From Vulgatibacter sp. (GTDB lineage Bacteria > Myxococcota > Myxococcia > Myxococcales > Vulgatibacteraceae), in assembly GCA_035565615.1 (NCBI GenBank), contig DATMSB010000114.1:989-64988 (forward strand): a stretch of DNA of 64,000 nt. The letters run 5' to 3'. Under the pieces are notes generated by a model. It did not search any database and had not been told where the DNA came from. It saw only the letters and a list, made by a program, of their open reading frames with translations. Of this stretch, positions 56,513 to 64,000 are shown piece by piece (positions within the stretch are counted from its first letter, which is position 1; every line of letters begins with the position of its first letter). A program made the position numbers and the translations under genes.

Positions 56513-57832
56513 ATGAGAGTGGCAGTCATCGGAACCGGCTATGTGGGCCTCGTGGCGGGGACCTGCTTCGCCGACAGCGGCAACGACGTCATCTGCGTCG
56601 ACGTGGACGAGGCGAAGATCGAGGCGCTGCAGCGCGGCGTGGTGCCCATCTACGAGCCGGGGCTCGAGGAGCTGATCGCCCGCAGCGTGGGGGCGGGGCG
56701 GCTCTCGTTCACCACGGATCTGGCCTCCGCCGTGAAGGACGCCGAGGTGGTCTTCATCGCGGTGGGGACCCCGCAGGGCGAGGACGGCTCCGCGGACCTC
56801 CAGTACGTGCTGGCGGCCGCCCGGTCGATCGGCCGCAACCTCGGCGACCACTACACCGTCATCGTCGACAAGAGCACCGTGCCGGTGGGAACCTCCCGCA
56901 AGGTCGCCGCCGAGATCCGCGAGGTGGCGCCGGACAAGGACTTCGACGTGGTGTCGAACCCGGAGTTCATGAAGGAGGGCGCCGCCATCGAGGACTTCCT
57001 CTCGCCGGACCGGGTGGTGATCGGCTCCGACAGCGAGCGGGCCCGGGCGATCATGGGGGAGCTGTACGCCCCGTTCTCGCGGCGGTCGAACCGGATCCTC
57101 TACATGGATCCCGAGTCGGCGGAGCTGACGAAGTACGCGTCGAACGCGATGCTGGCCACCCGCATCTCGTTCATGAACGAGCTGGCCGGCCTCTGCGAGA
57201 AGGTGGGGGCGGACGTCGACCACGTGCGCCTGGGCATGGGCACCGACAGCCGCATCGGTCTGTCGTTCCTCTTCCCGGGGCCCGGGTTCGGCGGCTCCTG
57301 CTTCCCCAAGGACATCCGCGCCCTCCACTCCACCGCCCGGGAGAACGGCCTCGAGTTCGCGCTGCTCGCCTCGGTGGATCGGGTGAACGAGCTGCAGAAG
57401 CAGGTGCTGCTCAAGAAGGCGCTCAAGTATTTCGGCGGGGACCTCGCCGGAAAGCGCTTCGGCGTCTGGGGGCTCGCCTTCAAGCCGAAGACGGACGACT
57501 TGCGCGAGTCCCCGTCGATCCCGCTGATCGAGGGCCTCCTCGGCAAGGGCGCCCGGGTGGCCGCCCACGATCCGGTGGCCCACGTGACCGCCCGGCGCGT
57601 GTTCGGCGACCGCATCGGCTACGCCGACACGCCGTACGGCGCCGCCGAGGGGGCGGACGCCCTCTTCATCGTCACCGAGTGGAACGAGTTCCGCCGGCCG
57701 GACTTCGATCGCCTCAAGGCGTCGATGGCGGCGCCGGTGATCTTCGACGGCCGCAACGTCTTCGATCCGGTCCGGATGAAGAAGCGGGGCTTCACCTACT
57801 TCGGGATCGGCCGGGGCGCCGTCGTCGGCTGA
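56513..57832 (+). CDS. ugd: UDP-glucose 6-dehydrogenase
   Basis: IGTGYVGL, KSTVPVGT, NPEFMKEG, KYASN, GFGGSCFPKD, FKPKTDDLRESP, FDGRN. Confidence 0.96.
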   Translation: MRVAVIGTGYVGLVAGTCFADSGNDVICVDVDEAKIEALQRGVVPIYEPGLEELIARSVGAGRLSFTTDLASAVKDAEVVFIAVGTPQGEDGSADLQYVLAAARSIGRNLGDHYTVIVDKSTVPVGTSRKVAAEIREVAPDKDFDVVSNPEFMKEGAAIEDFLSPDRVVIGSDSERARAIMGELYAPFSRRSNRILYMDPESAELTKYASNAMLATRISFMNELAGLCEKVGADVDHVRLGMGTDSRIGLSFLFPGPGFGGSCFPKDIRALHSTARENGLEFALLASVDRVNELQKQVLLKKALKYFGGDLAGKRFGVWGLAFKPKTDDLRESPSIPLIEGLLGKGARVAAHDPVAHVTARRVFGDRIGYADTPYGAAEGADALFIVTEWNEFRRPDFDRLKASMAAPVIFDGRNVFDPVRMKKRGFTYFGIGRGAVVG

Positions 57833-57934
57833 AACCTCCGCGGCAGGCGGGAGCTCCGCGCGCGGGCGCCGCCGTCGGTCGAGAGCGGGCGACCGGCGCG
57901 CGGTTCGCGCAGCCGGCCGCCTCTCGAACCCGCC

Positions 57935-58873
57935 TTACTGGTAGGTCGCCACCACGATCGACACGAAGGTGGGCCCGCACGGGCCGTTCGAGTTGAAGTA
58001 CATCTTCGTGCCCGAGTGGCGGATGTGCCAGTTGTCCACGAAGCGATCGTGGCCGGACTTCAGCGGCCCGCTGATCTCGATCTCCGGATCGAAGGGTCCG
58101 AACAGCGGGGAGTCGAGGGCGTAGATCTGCACCTCGTCGAAGGCCCTGCCGCAGCTCTGCCGATCCCGCTGCTTGTACCAGCACTGGGGGACGAACCCGA
58201 GGGTGGGGCCGCCGAACGGCAGCGCGGTGAGCTCGGCGCTGCCGGGCGGATGGTCGGAGTACGACCGGTACAGCGCGGCGGCGTTGCCGCCGGTGTCGAG
58301 GACGGTCCAGTCCCCCTCCTGGTAGAGCTCGACCTCCCGGAGGAGCTCCAGCGTCTCGTCGATCTTCACCGTGAAGCGGACGTGGATCCACTGCTGCTCC
58401 TCGTCGACGTCGTCGCAGAGGTACTTGGGCTTCTCGCCCGGATCGCCGATGTCGGGATTCGGATCGCGCCCCGGGTTCTCCGGATCCAGGACGGGCTCGT
58501 GTCGGCAGACGCCGACCAGGTCGTCCTCGAGCTTGTAGATCCAGCCCTCGAACCTGCTGTCGGTGCCCCACTCCGGGTCGGAGACGCCGGCGAACATCTC
58601 GGCGTTCGCCAGGACGCCGGACGTGCGCGAGCGGTCCTCGAGCTCGCACTCGTCGCCCTCGAACTCCCAGCCACCACCGCCGTCGCCGCCGGTGCCACCG
58701 GTGCCGCCGCTGCCGCCGCTGCCGCCGGTCCCACCGTCGCCGCCCGCTCCTCCGGTGGAGGGGCCGCTGCCGCCGGAGCCGCCGCCGCCGTCGTCGTCCG
58801 AGGAGCAGGCCGAGGCCAGGGCGACGAGGGACACGGCGAGCGCCGCCGCCATGAGAATTCGGTTCAGTCGCAT
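57935..58873 (-). CDS. hypothetical lipoprotein with Gly-rich linker
   Basis: MRLNRILMAAALAVSLVALASAC lipobox, then a GGSGG/GGTGG repeat linker and a Cys-containing unknown domain. Confidence 0.75.
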   Translation of the reverse strand: MRLNRILMAAALAVSLVALASACSSDDDGGGGSGGSGPSTGGAGGDGGTGGSGGSGGTGGTGGDGGGGWEFEGDECELEDRSRTSGVLANAEMFAGVSDPEWGTDSRFEGWIYKLEDDLVGVCRHEPVLDPENPGRDPNPDIGDPGEKPKYLCDDVDEEQQWIHVRFTVKIDETLELLREVELYQEGDWTVLDTGGNAAALYRSYSDHPPGSAELTALPFGGPTLGFVPQCWYKQRDRQSCGRAFDEVQIYALDSPLFGPFDPEIEISGPLKSGHDRFVDNWHIRHSGTKMYFNSNGPCGPTFVSIVVATYQ

Positions 58874-58976
58874 GTCCGCTGCATCCTTTGCTGGGGATTC
58901 GTCCCTTTCTACACCAGCCGTCGCCGCTGCCCAAGGGGGCCGGCGTCTGGTAAGAGACGGCCCGGAGGCGGAGGCG

Positions 58977-59525
58977 ATGTCGATCTCGGAAGAAGTGGCG
59001 AGGCGCGCCCGCGCGGTGAGGCTCCTGGTCCTCGACGTGGACGGCGTCCTCACCGACGGATCCCTGTATTACGGACCCCAGGGCGAGGAGCTGAAGCGCT
59101 TCGACGTCAAGGACGGGCACGGGATCGTGCTCTGGCGCGAGCTGGGGAACCCCACCGCGATCCTCACCGCGCGCAGCTCCGCGATCGTCGCCACCCGGGC
59201 CGCCGAACTGGGGATCCGCCACGTGCTGCAGGGGCAGCGCGACAAGGGCAGGGGCTTCGACAGGCTGCTCGAGCAGGCCGGCGTGCGGGCCGAGGAGGTC
59301 GCGTACATCGGCGACGACATCAACGACGTCCCCGTCCTGCGCCGGGCGGGCTTCGCCGCCACCCCGGCCGACGGCGTGCCGGAGGTGCGCGAATACGTGC
59401 ACTACGTGTGCAAGGCGGGAGGCGGGAGGGGCGCGATCCGCGAGGTCTGCGAGCTGCTGATCCGGGCGCAGGGGCGGTGGGACGAGGCGACGGCGAGGTT
59501 CTTCGCCGAGCGGGCGGGGGCTTGA
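58977..59525 (+). CDS. kdsC: KDO8P phosphatase (HAD family)
   Basis: LVLDVDGVLTDG, FDVKDGHG, YIGDDINDV, GGRGAIREVCE. RBS GGAGG. Confidence 0.95.
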   Translation: MSISEEVARRARAVRLLVLDVDGVLTDGSLYYGPQGEELKRFDVKDGHGIVLWRELGNPTAILTARSSAIVATRAAELGIRHVLQGQRDKGRGFDRLLEQAGVRAEEVAYIGDDINDVPVLRRAGFAATPADGVPEVREYVHYVCKAGGGRGAIREVCELLIRAQGRWDEATARFFAERAGA

Positions 59526-60469
59526 GCAGATCGGCCGCGCCGCCGCTGCGCAAGCGGGTGAAGCGCGCGGTGCGCACCTGGCTCGTGCGCGCCCTGCTCC
59601 TGGTCCTGCGGCTCCTGCCGCTGCGCCTCGCCCTCGCGCTGGGGCGCGCCGGCGGCGGGATGGCGTACCGGATCCTGGGCGGCCAGCGGCGGCTGGCGCT
59701 GGAGCACCTGGCCATCGCGTTCCCGGACCTGCCCGAGGCCGAGCGGGAGCGGATCGCACGGGAGAGCTTCCGCTCCCTGGGTGAGCTGGCGATGGAGGTG
59801 GCGCAGATCCGAAAGCTCGACCGGCGGATCGATCGCTACGTGGAACTCGGCCCCGAGGCGGCGGCGGTGCTCGACGGCGCGCGCCGCGGAAACGGCGTGG
59901 TGGCGGTGACCGGCCACATCGGCAACTGGGAGCTCCTCTTCCGCCGGATCGTGAGGAGCGGGCGGCCGGCGTACGCGGTGGGGGCGGAGCTCTCCCACGG
60001 CGGCCTGACGGCGATCGTGGAGCGGATCCGCGGCCCCGGCCTCACCATCTGGCGGGGCGCCCCGGGCTCGTCCCGCAAGCTCCTCCGCGCGTTCCGAGAG
60101 GACGCCTACCTGGCGATGCTCATCGACCAGGACACCAAGGTGCAGGGGGTTTTCGTGCCGTTCTTCGGCCGGCTGGCCCACACGCCCCGGGCCGCGGCGG
60201 ATCTGGCCCGGCGCACGGGGGCCGGGGTGGTGACGGTGTTCATCCACCGGAAGGCCGAGGGCGGCCACCGGATCACCGCCAGGCGGATCGATTGGGAGCC
60301 GACCGAGGATGCGGACGCCGACGCGATCGCGCTCACGGCGGAGATGACGGCGGCGATCGAGGCCGAGATCCGCGCGGTGCCCCACGAGTGGGTGTGGATG
60401 CACCGCCGCTGGAAGACCCGGCCGGAGGCGACGGATCAGAATGGCGCCTCATCTCGCGTGGTTGCTTAG
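59522..60469 (+). CDS. lpxL: lipid A late (lauroyl/palmitoleoyl) acyltransferase family
   Basis: TGHIGNWE, LIDQD, VPFFG, PHEWVWMHRRWK. TTG start overlaps the kdsC stop. Confidence 0.85.
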   Translation: MSRSAAPPLRKRVKRAVRTWLVRALLLVLRLLPLRLALALGRAGGGMAYRILGGQRRLALEHLAIAFPDLPEAERERIARESFRSLGELAMEVAQIRKLDRRIDRYVELGPEAAAVLDGARRGNGVVAVTGHIGNWELLFRRIVRSGRPAYAVGAELSHGGLTAIVERIRGPGLTIWRGAPGSSRKLLRAFREDAYLAMLIDQDTKVQGVFVPFFGRLAHTPRAAADLARRTGAGVVTVFIHRKAEGGHRITARRIDWEPTEDADADAIALTAEMTAAIEAEIRAVPHEWVWMHRRWKTRPEATDQNGASSRVVA

Positions 60470-60499
60470 CAAGGACCATGCCCCGCCCTCGATGTGTTC

Positions 60500-60528
60500 T
60501 TTACCGGGGAGGGGCCGGATGCTACGGT
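60500..60528 (+). promoter_or_regulatory. candidate sigma70 promoter for lptCAB-rpoN
   Basis: TTTACC-N17-TACGGT with an extended -10 TG, 10 nt upstream of ATG 60539. Confidence 0.35.
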
Positions 60529-60538
60529 TTGGCCACGC

Positions 60539-61126
60539 ATGTCGCCTGGAACAACTGAAATTCGGCGGTTTTTCGGGGCCGGCGCCGGGGTTGGCGCGGG
60601 TCTTGCGTCGGCGCTCGCGCTCGGGGCCTGCAGCCCTCCGTCCGGGCCGACGAGCCCCCCGCCGCCCGCCATCGTCCTCACCGACGTGACCCTGCGCCAC
60701 TACCCGATGGAGGGGACGCCGCGCGTCGCCCATGCCGCGGAGGTGACCTTCGATCGGGAGACGGCCGAGCTCCACGCCGAGACGATCACCGCCCGGGTCC
60801 CGCCGTCGCCGGGGGTGAGGCGGGGCGGGGCGACGCTGACGGCTCCCTCGGGAGCGGGGGACGTCCATGGCAAGCGGGCGGAGGCCTTCGGCCGGATCGT
60901 GGTCGAGACCGGGGCGGGCGACAGGGCCGAGACGGAGGGCGCGGTCTGGGACGCGGAGGCCGATCTGCTCACGGGGGAGGCGCCCCTGCAGGTGAGCGGT
61001 CCCGGGTACTCGATCGACGGCCGCTCGTTCCGGCTCCACGTGGGCGAGCAGCGCCTCGAGCTAGGGGGAGGGGTGGAGGCCCACACCCGCGCCACCCCGG
61101 ACACCCGGCTGCGGGAGGCGGAGTGA
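60539..61126 (+). CDS. lptC: LPS export protein LptC (lipoprotein-type N-terminus)
   Basis: Position before lptA-lptB, beta-jellyroll-type strands (AETEGAVWDAEADLLTGEAPLQVSGPG..IDG), lipobox LALGAC. Confidence 0.75.
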   Translation: MSPGTTEIRRFFGAGAGVGAGLASALALGACSPPSGPTSPPPPAIVLTDVTLRHYPMEGTPRVAHAAEVTFDRETAELHAETITARVPPSPGVRRGGATLTAPSGAGDVHGKRAEAFGRIVVETGAGDRAETEGAVWDAEADLLTGEAPLQVSGPGYSIDGRSFRLHVGEQRLELGGGVEAHTRATPDTRLREAE

Positions 61127-61995
61127 TGCGCGCGGCGCTCCTCCTCGCCCTCCTGGCGTCGACCTCGAGCGAGGCGGTCGAGGAGGCCCGGGCCATGGCG
61201 CCCCAGGAGATCGACCTGGTGAGCGAGACGCTCGTGGTGGAGCACAAGCTGCACCGGGCGACCTTCGGCGGAGGCGTGATCGCCACCCGCGGCGACCTCG
61301 AGGTGCGCTGCCCCACCGTGGTGGCGCACTACGACAAGCGGGCGAAGATCCGCGAGGTGGTCTGCGAGGGCCCGGTGTCCGCGACCCAGGGCGGAAAGAC
61401 GATGACCTCGCAGGCGGGCTCCTTCGATAACGCCACGGGCATGCTCCACCTCGAAGGCGGCACCACGCTCGTCGAGGCGGGCCGCCGCTTCTCCGGCGAG
61501 CGGCTGGACTTCGACGTGGGGACGAGCCTCGCCACGCTCTCGCGCGGCCAGGCGGACCTGCCCGGCTCCGAGGACCTGGGGCCGCTCCGCACCGAGGACG
61601 TGGCGCCCTTCCGGATCACGGCGGACAAGGTGACCCACGACTTCGACGAGCGCCGCACCACCTTCGCCGGCAACGTGGAGGCGACCCGCGGCGACCTCGT
61701 CATGCGGGCGAGCCGCCTGGTGGTGGTGGGCGCCGGCGACGGCAAGGTCGAGCGGGCGTGGACGGAGGGCGGCCCGGTGCGGGTGGAACAGGGGGAGCGA
61801 CGCGGCTCGGCCCGGCGCGGCACCTTCCTGGGCGGCGGGCAGCGGCTGGTCCTCGAGGGCGATCCGGTGGTGACGGAGCGGGACTCTTCGCTGCGCGGAG
61901 ATCGGGTGATCTTCCACGTGGGCGAGGGCCGCGTGGAGGTGGAGCGGCCGCGGGCGGTCTTCCCCCTCGACCGGGCGAGGAGGGCAGGGGAATGA
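61123..61995 (+). CDS. lptA: LptA/OstA-family protein with two tandem jellyroll domains
   Basis: Signal peptide, then two homologous units (ATFGGGVIATRGDLEVRC / TTFAGNVEATRGDLVMRA). Lies between lptC and lptB. Confidence 0.8.
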   Translation: MMRAALLLALLASTSSEAVEEARAMAPQEIDLVSETLVVEHKLHRATFGGGVIATRGDLEVRCPTVVAHYDKRAKIREVVCEGPVSATQGGKTMTSQAGSFDNATGMLHLEGGTTLVEAGRRFSGERLDFDVGTSLATLSRGQADLPGSEDLGPLRTEDVAPFRITADKVTHDFDERRTTFAGNVEATRGDLVMRASRLVVVGAGDGKVERAWTEGGPVRVEQGERRGSARRGTFLGGGQRLVLEGDPVVTERDSSLRGDRVIFHVGEGRVEVERPRAVFPLDRARRAGE

Positions 61996-62747
61996 GCGCC
62001 GTCGCGACCCTGCCCGGGCGCCCGCTCCTGCGCGCCGAAGGGCTGGTGAAGATCTACCGCGGCAGGCGCGTGGTGGACGGCGTCACCCTGCACGTGGAGC
62101 CGGGGGAGGTGGTCGGGCTCCTGGGCCCCAACGGCGCCGGCAAGTCCACCACCTTCAACATGGTGGTGGGGATGGTGCGGCCCGACGCCGGGCGGGTGGG
62201 CCTGGGGGACGTCGACCTCACCAACGAGCCCATGTTCCGGCGGGCCCGGGCGGGGATCGGCTACCTCCCCCAGGAGGCGTCGATCTTCCGCAAGCTCACC
62301 GTGCGGGAGAACTTTCTCGCGGTGCTCGAGCGCATGCCGGTGTCCAAGGCCGAGCGGCTGGCGGCGAGCGACGAGCTCCTCGAGGAGTTCGGCCTGCAGA
62401 AGGTGGCCGACTCGCTGGGGGAGACGCTGTCGGGGGGCGAGCGGAGGCGCTGCGAGATCGCGCGCTCGCTCATCCCGCGGCCGACCTTCATGCTCTTCGA
62501 CGAGCCGTTCGCCGGCGTGGATCCGATCAACGTGGGCGAGATCCAGAAGCAGATCGCCGACCTGAAGCGGCGGGGGCTCGGCGTGCTCATCACCGACCAC
62601 AGCGTGCGCGACACGCTGGGGATCTGCGATCGGGCCTACATCATCGCGTCGGGGAGGATCCTCGAGGAGGGCACGCCGGCGCAGGTCGCGGCGAGCGAGA
62701 GGGCGAGGTCGACGTACCTGGGAGAGAAGTTCCGGCTGGATTCGTGA
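61992..62747 (+). CDS. lptB: LPS export ABC transporter ATPase
   Basis: GLLGPNGAGKST, GYLPQEASIFRKLTV, LSGGERRRCEIAR, DEPFAGVDP, ITDH. ATG 61992. Confidence 0.96.
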   Translation: MSAVATLPGRPLLRAEGLVKIYRGRRVVDGVTLHVEPGEVVGLLGPNGAGKSTTFNMVVGMVRPDAGRVGLGDVDLTNEPMFRRARAGIGYLPQEASIFRKLTVRENFLAVLERMPVSKAERLAASDELLEEFGLQKVADSLGETLSGGERRRCEIARSLIPRPTFMLFDEPFAGVDPINVGEIQKQIADLKRRGLGVLITDHSVRDTLGICDRAYIIASGRILEEGTPAQVAASERARSTYLGEKFRLDS

Positions 62748-62785
62748 GGCGCTTCGCACTGGAGAGATTCGTTCAAGGGTAGGAG

Positions 62786-64000
62786 ATGTCGTTCGAGCTC
62801 AAGCAGCACCTGAAGATGTCGCAGCAACTGGTGATGACCCCCCAGTTGCAGCAGGCGATCAAGCTCCTGCAGCTCTCGCGGCTGGAGCTGGAGTCCCTGA
62901 TCCGCGACGAGATCGAACAGAACCCGCTGCTCGAGGAGCCGACGACCACCGACGCGGACGACCGCGAGGAGGCGGCGCAGGAGCTGACGTCGATCGAGCG
63001 CTTCGTGGAGCAGGAGGGTGCCGCGCTCGAGGCGGATCCGGACCGGTCGGAGGAGGTGAAGGGGGACGGCCAGAACGAGATCGACTGGAACGACTACCTC
63101 AACAGCTACCAGCTCTCGCCGACGACGCCGTCGAACAAGAACCTCTCCGACGAGCTGCCCCCCTTCGAGGCGAACCTCACCCGCGGGACCTCGCTGACCG
63201 AGCACCTCGCCGAGCAGATCCGGCACCTGCCGCTCACCGACGACGAGAAGAAGGTGGCGGCACTCATCGTCGGCAACCTCGACGACGACGGCTACTTCCG
63301 GATGGAGGACGTCGAGGGGGATCCGCTGATCCAGGTGGCCTCCGACGCGGGGGTCGGCCTCGCGGTGGCGGCGGGCACGCTGGCCAAGCTGCAGAAGCTG
63401 GATCCGCTCGGCGTCTGCGCCCGCGACCTCCAGGAGTGCCTGCTCATCCAGGCGCGGGCGTGGGGCGAGGAGGGGAGCCTGGTCGGCACGATCATCCGCC
63501 GGCACCTCAAGCACCTCGAGTCGCGAAACCGCGCCGCGCTCGTGAAGGACCTGGCCAAGGAGTGGACCGGGGACAAGGAGGAGCTCGAGGCGGAGGTGAC
63601 CGAGGCGCTGAAGACGATCGCCGAGATGGAGCCGAAGCCGGCACGCCACTTCGTCACCGACGATCCGCAGTACATCACCCCGGACGTCTACGTGCACAAG
63701 GTCGGCGACGAATACGTGGTGGTGGTGAACGACGACGGCTTATCGAAGCTGCGGATCAGCAACCACTACCGGGACGCCCTGCGCAACGGGGACGCCAAGT
63801 CCGCCGGCTCGAAGGAGTTCATCCAGGAGAAGCTGCGGTCGGCGATGTGGCTCATCCGCTCGATTCACCAGCGCCAGCGCACCATCCACAAGGTCACCGA
63901 GTCGATCGTCAAGTTCCAGCGGGACTTCCTGGACCACGGCGTGGCGCACCTGAAGCCGCTCATCCTCAAGGATGTGGCGGAAGACATCGAGATGCACGAG
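62786..64000 (+). CDS. rpoN: RNA polymerase sigma-54 factor, 3'-partial
   Basis: MSFELKQHLKMSQQLVMTPQLQQAIKLLQLSRLEL...NPLLEE...DPLGVCARDLQECL...LKPLILKDVAEDIEMHE. Open to the window end, so absent from the ORF track. Confidence 0.97.
   Translation, partial: MSFELKQHLKMSQQLVMTPQLQQAIKLLQLSRLELESLIRDEIEQNPLLEEPTTTDADDREEAAQELTSIERFVEQEGAALEADPDRSEEVKGDGQNEIDWNDYLNSYQLSPTTPSNKNLSDELPPFEANLTRGTSLTEHLAEQIRHLPLTDDEKKVAALIVGNLDDDGYFRMEDVEGDPLIQVASDAGVGLAVAAGTLAKLQKLDPLGVCARDLQECLLIQARAWGEEGSLVGTIIRRHLKHLESRNRAALVKDLAKEWTGDKEELEAEVTEALKTIAEMEPKPARHFVTDDPQYITPDVYVHKVGDEYVVVVNDDGLSKLRISNHYRDALRNGDAKSAGSKEFIQEKLRSAMWLIRSIHQRQRTIHKVTESIVKFQRDFLDHGVAHLKPLILKDVAEDIEMHE

Noticed and set aside
58670-58800. 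Short GCC/GGC repeats here and at about 40600-40690 as a CRISPR array or VNTR
   Set aside because: They encode Gly-rich linkers in lipoproteins; there is no repeat-spacer structure and no cas genes.

Overview
GC-rich window from a myxobacterium-like genome (Myxococcota gene content and Gly-rich lipoproteins; the taxon is inferred). (1) 1-11.3 kb is an accessory block: Ig-like lipoprotein, SWIM-SNF2 helicase, DUF2007-like protein, GAF-GAF-PAS-GGDEF diguanylate cyclase, MBL hydrolase and an NfeD/SPFH pair. (2) 11.5-47.2 kb is a Wzx/Wzy exopolysaccharide locus of the Myxococcus EPS type: priming phosphoglycosyl transferase, kinase-less Wzc plus a separate degenerate kinase-like protein, Wzx, Wzy, short OPX plus a probable beta-barrel partner, 4 glycosyltransferases, an AsnB amidotransferase and an Ig/beta-helix lipoprotein. 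Inside it sits a ~16 kb co-oriented NRPS/PKS block. That block encodes A(Pro)-T-KS-AT-ACP-aminotransferase, C-A(Gly)-T-C-A(Gly)-T with no thioesterase, a pseudo-hydrolase, a Cys-hydrolase, a PPTase and an exported Ser-hydrolase. This is the best candidate for an undescribed system: an assembly line that may make a peptide-polyketide acyl group for decorating a polysaccharide. The aminotransferase domain has Glu in place of its PLP lysine. The wzx/wzy/GT/lyase part is visibly more AT-rich than its flanks. (3) 47.4-64 kb is largely housekeeping envelope genes: OPT transporter, pyrG, kdsA, a frameshifted membrane gene, wecB, kdsB, epimerase, ugd, kdsC, lpxL-like, lptC, a tandem-domain lptA, lptB and rpoN (runs off the end). 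No rRNA, tRNA, CRISPR array or transposase was seen. All calls were made by eye from motifs; no database search was run.
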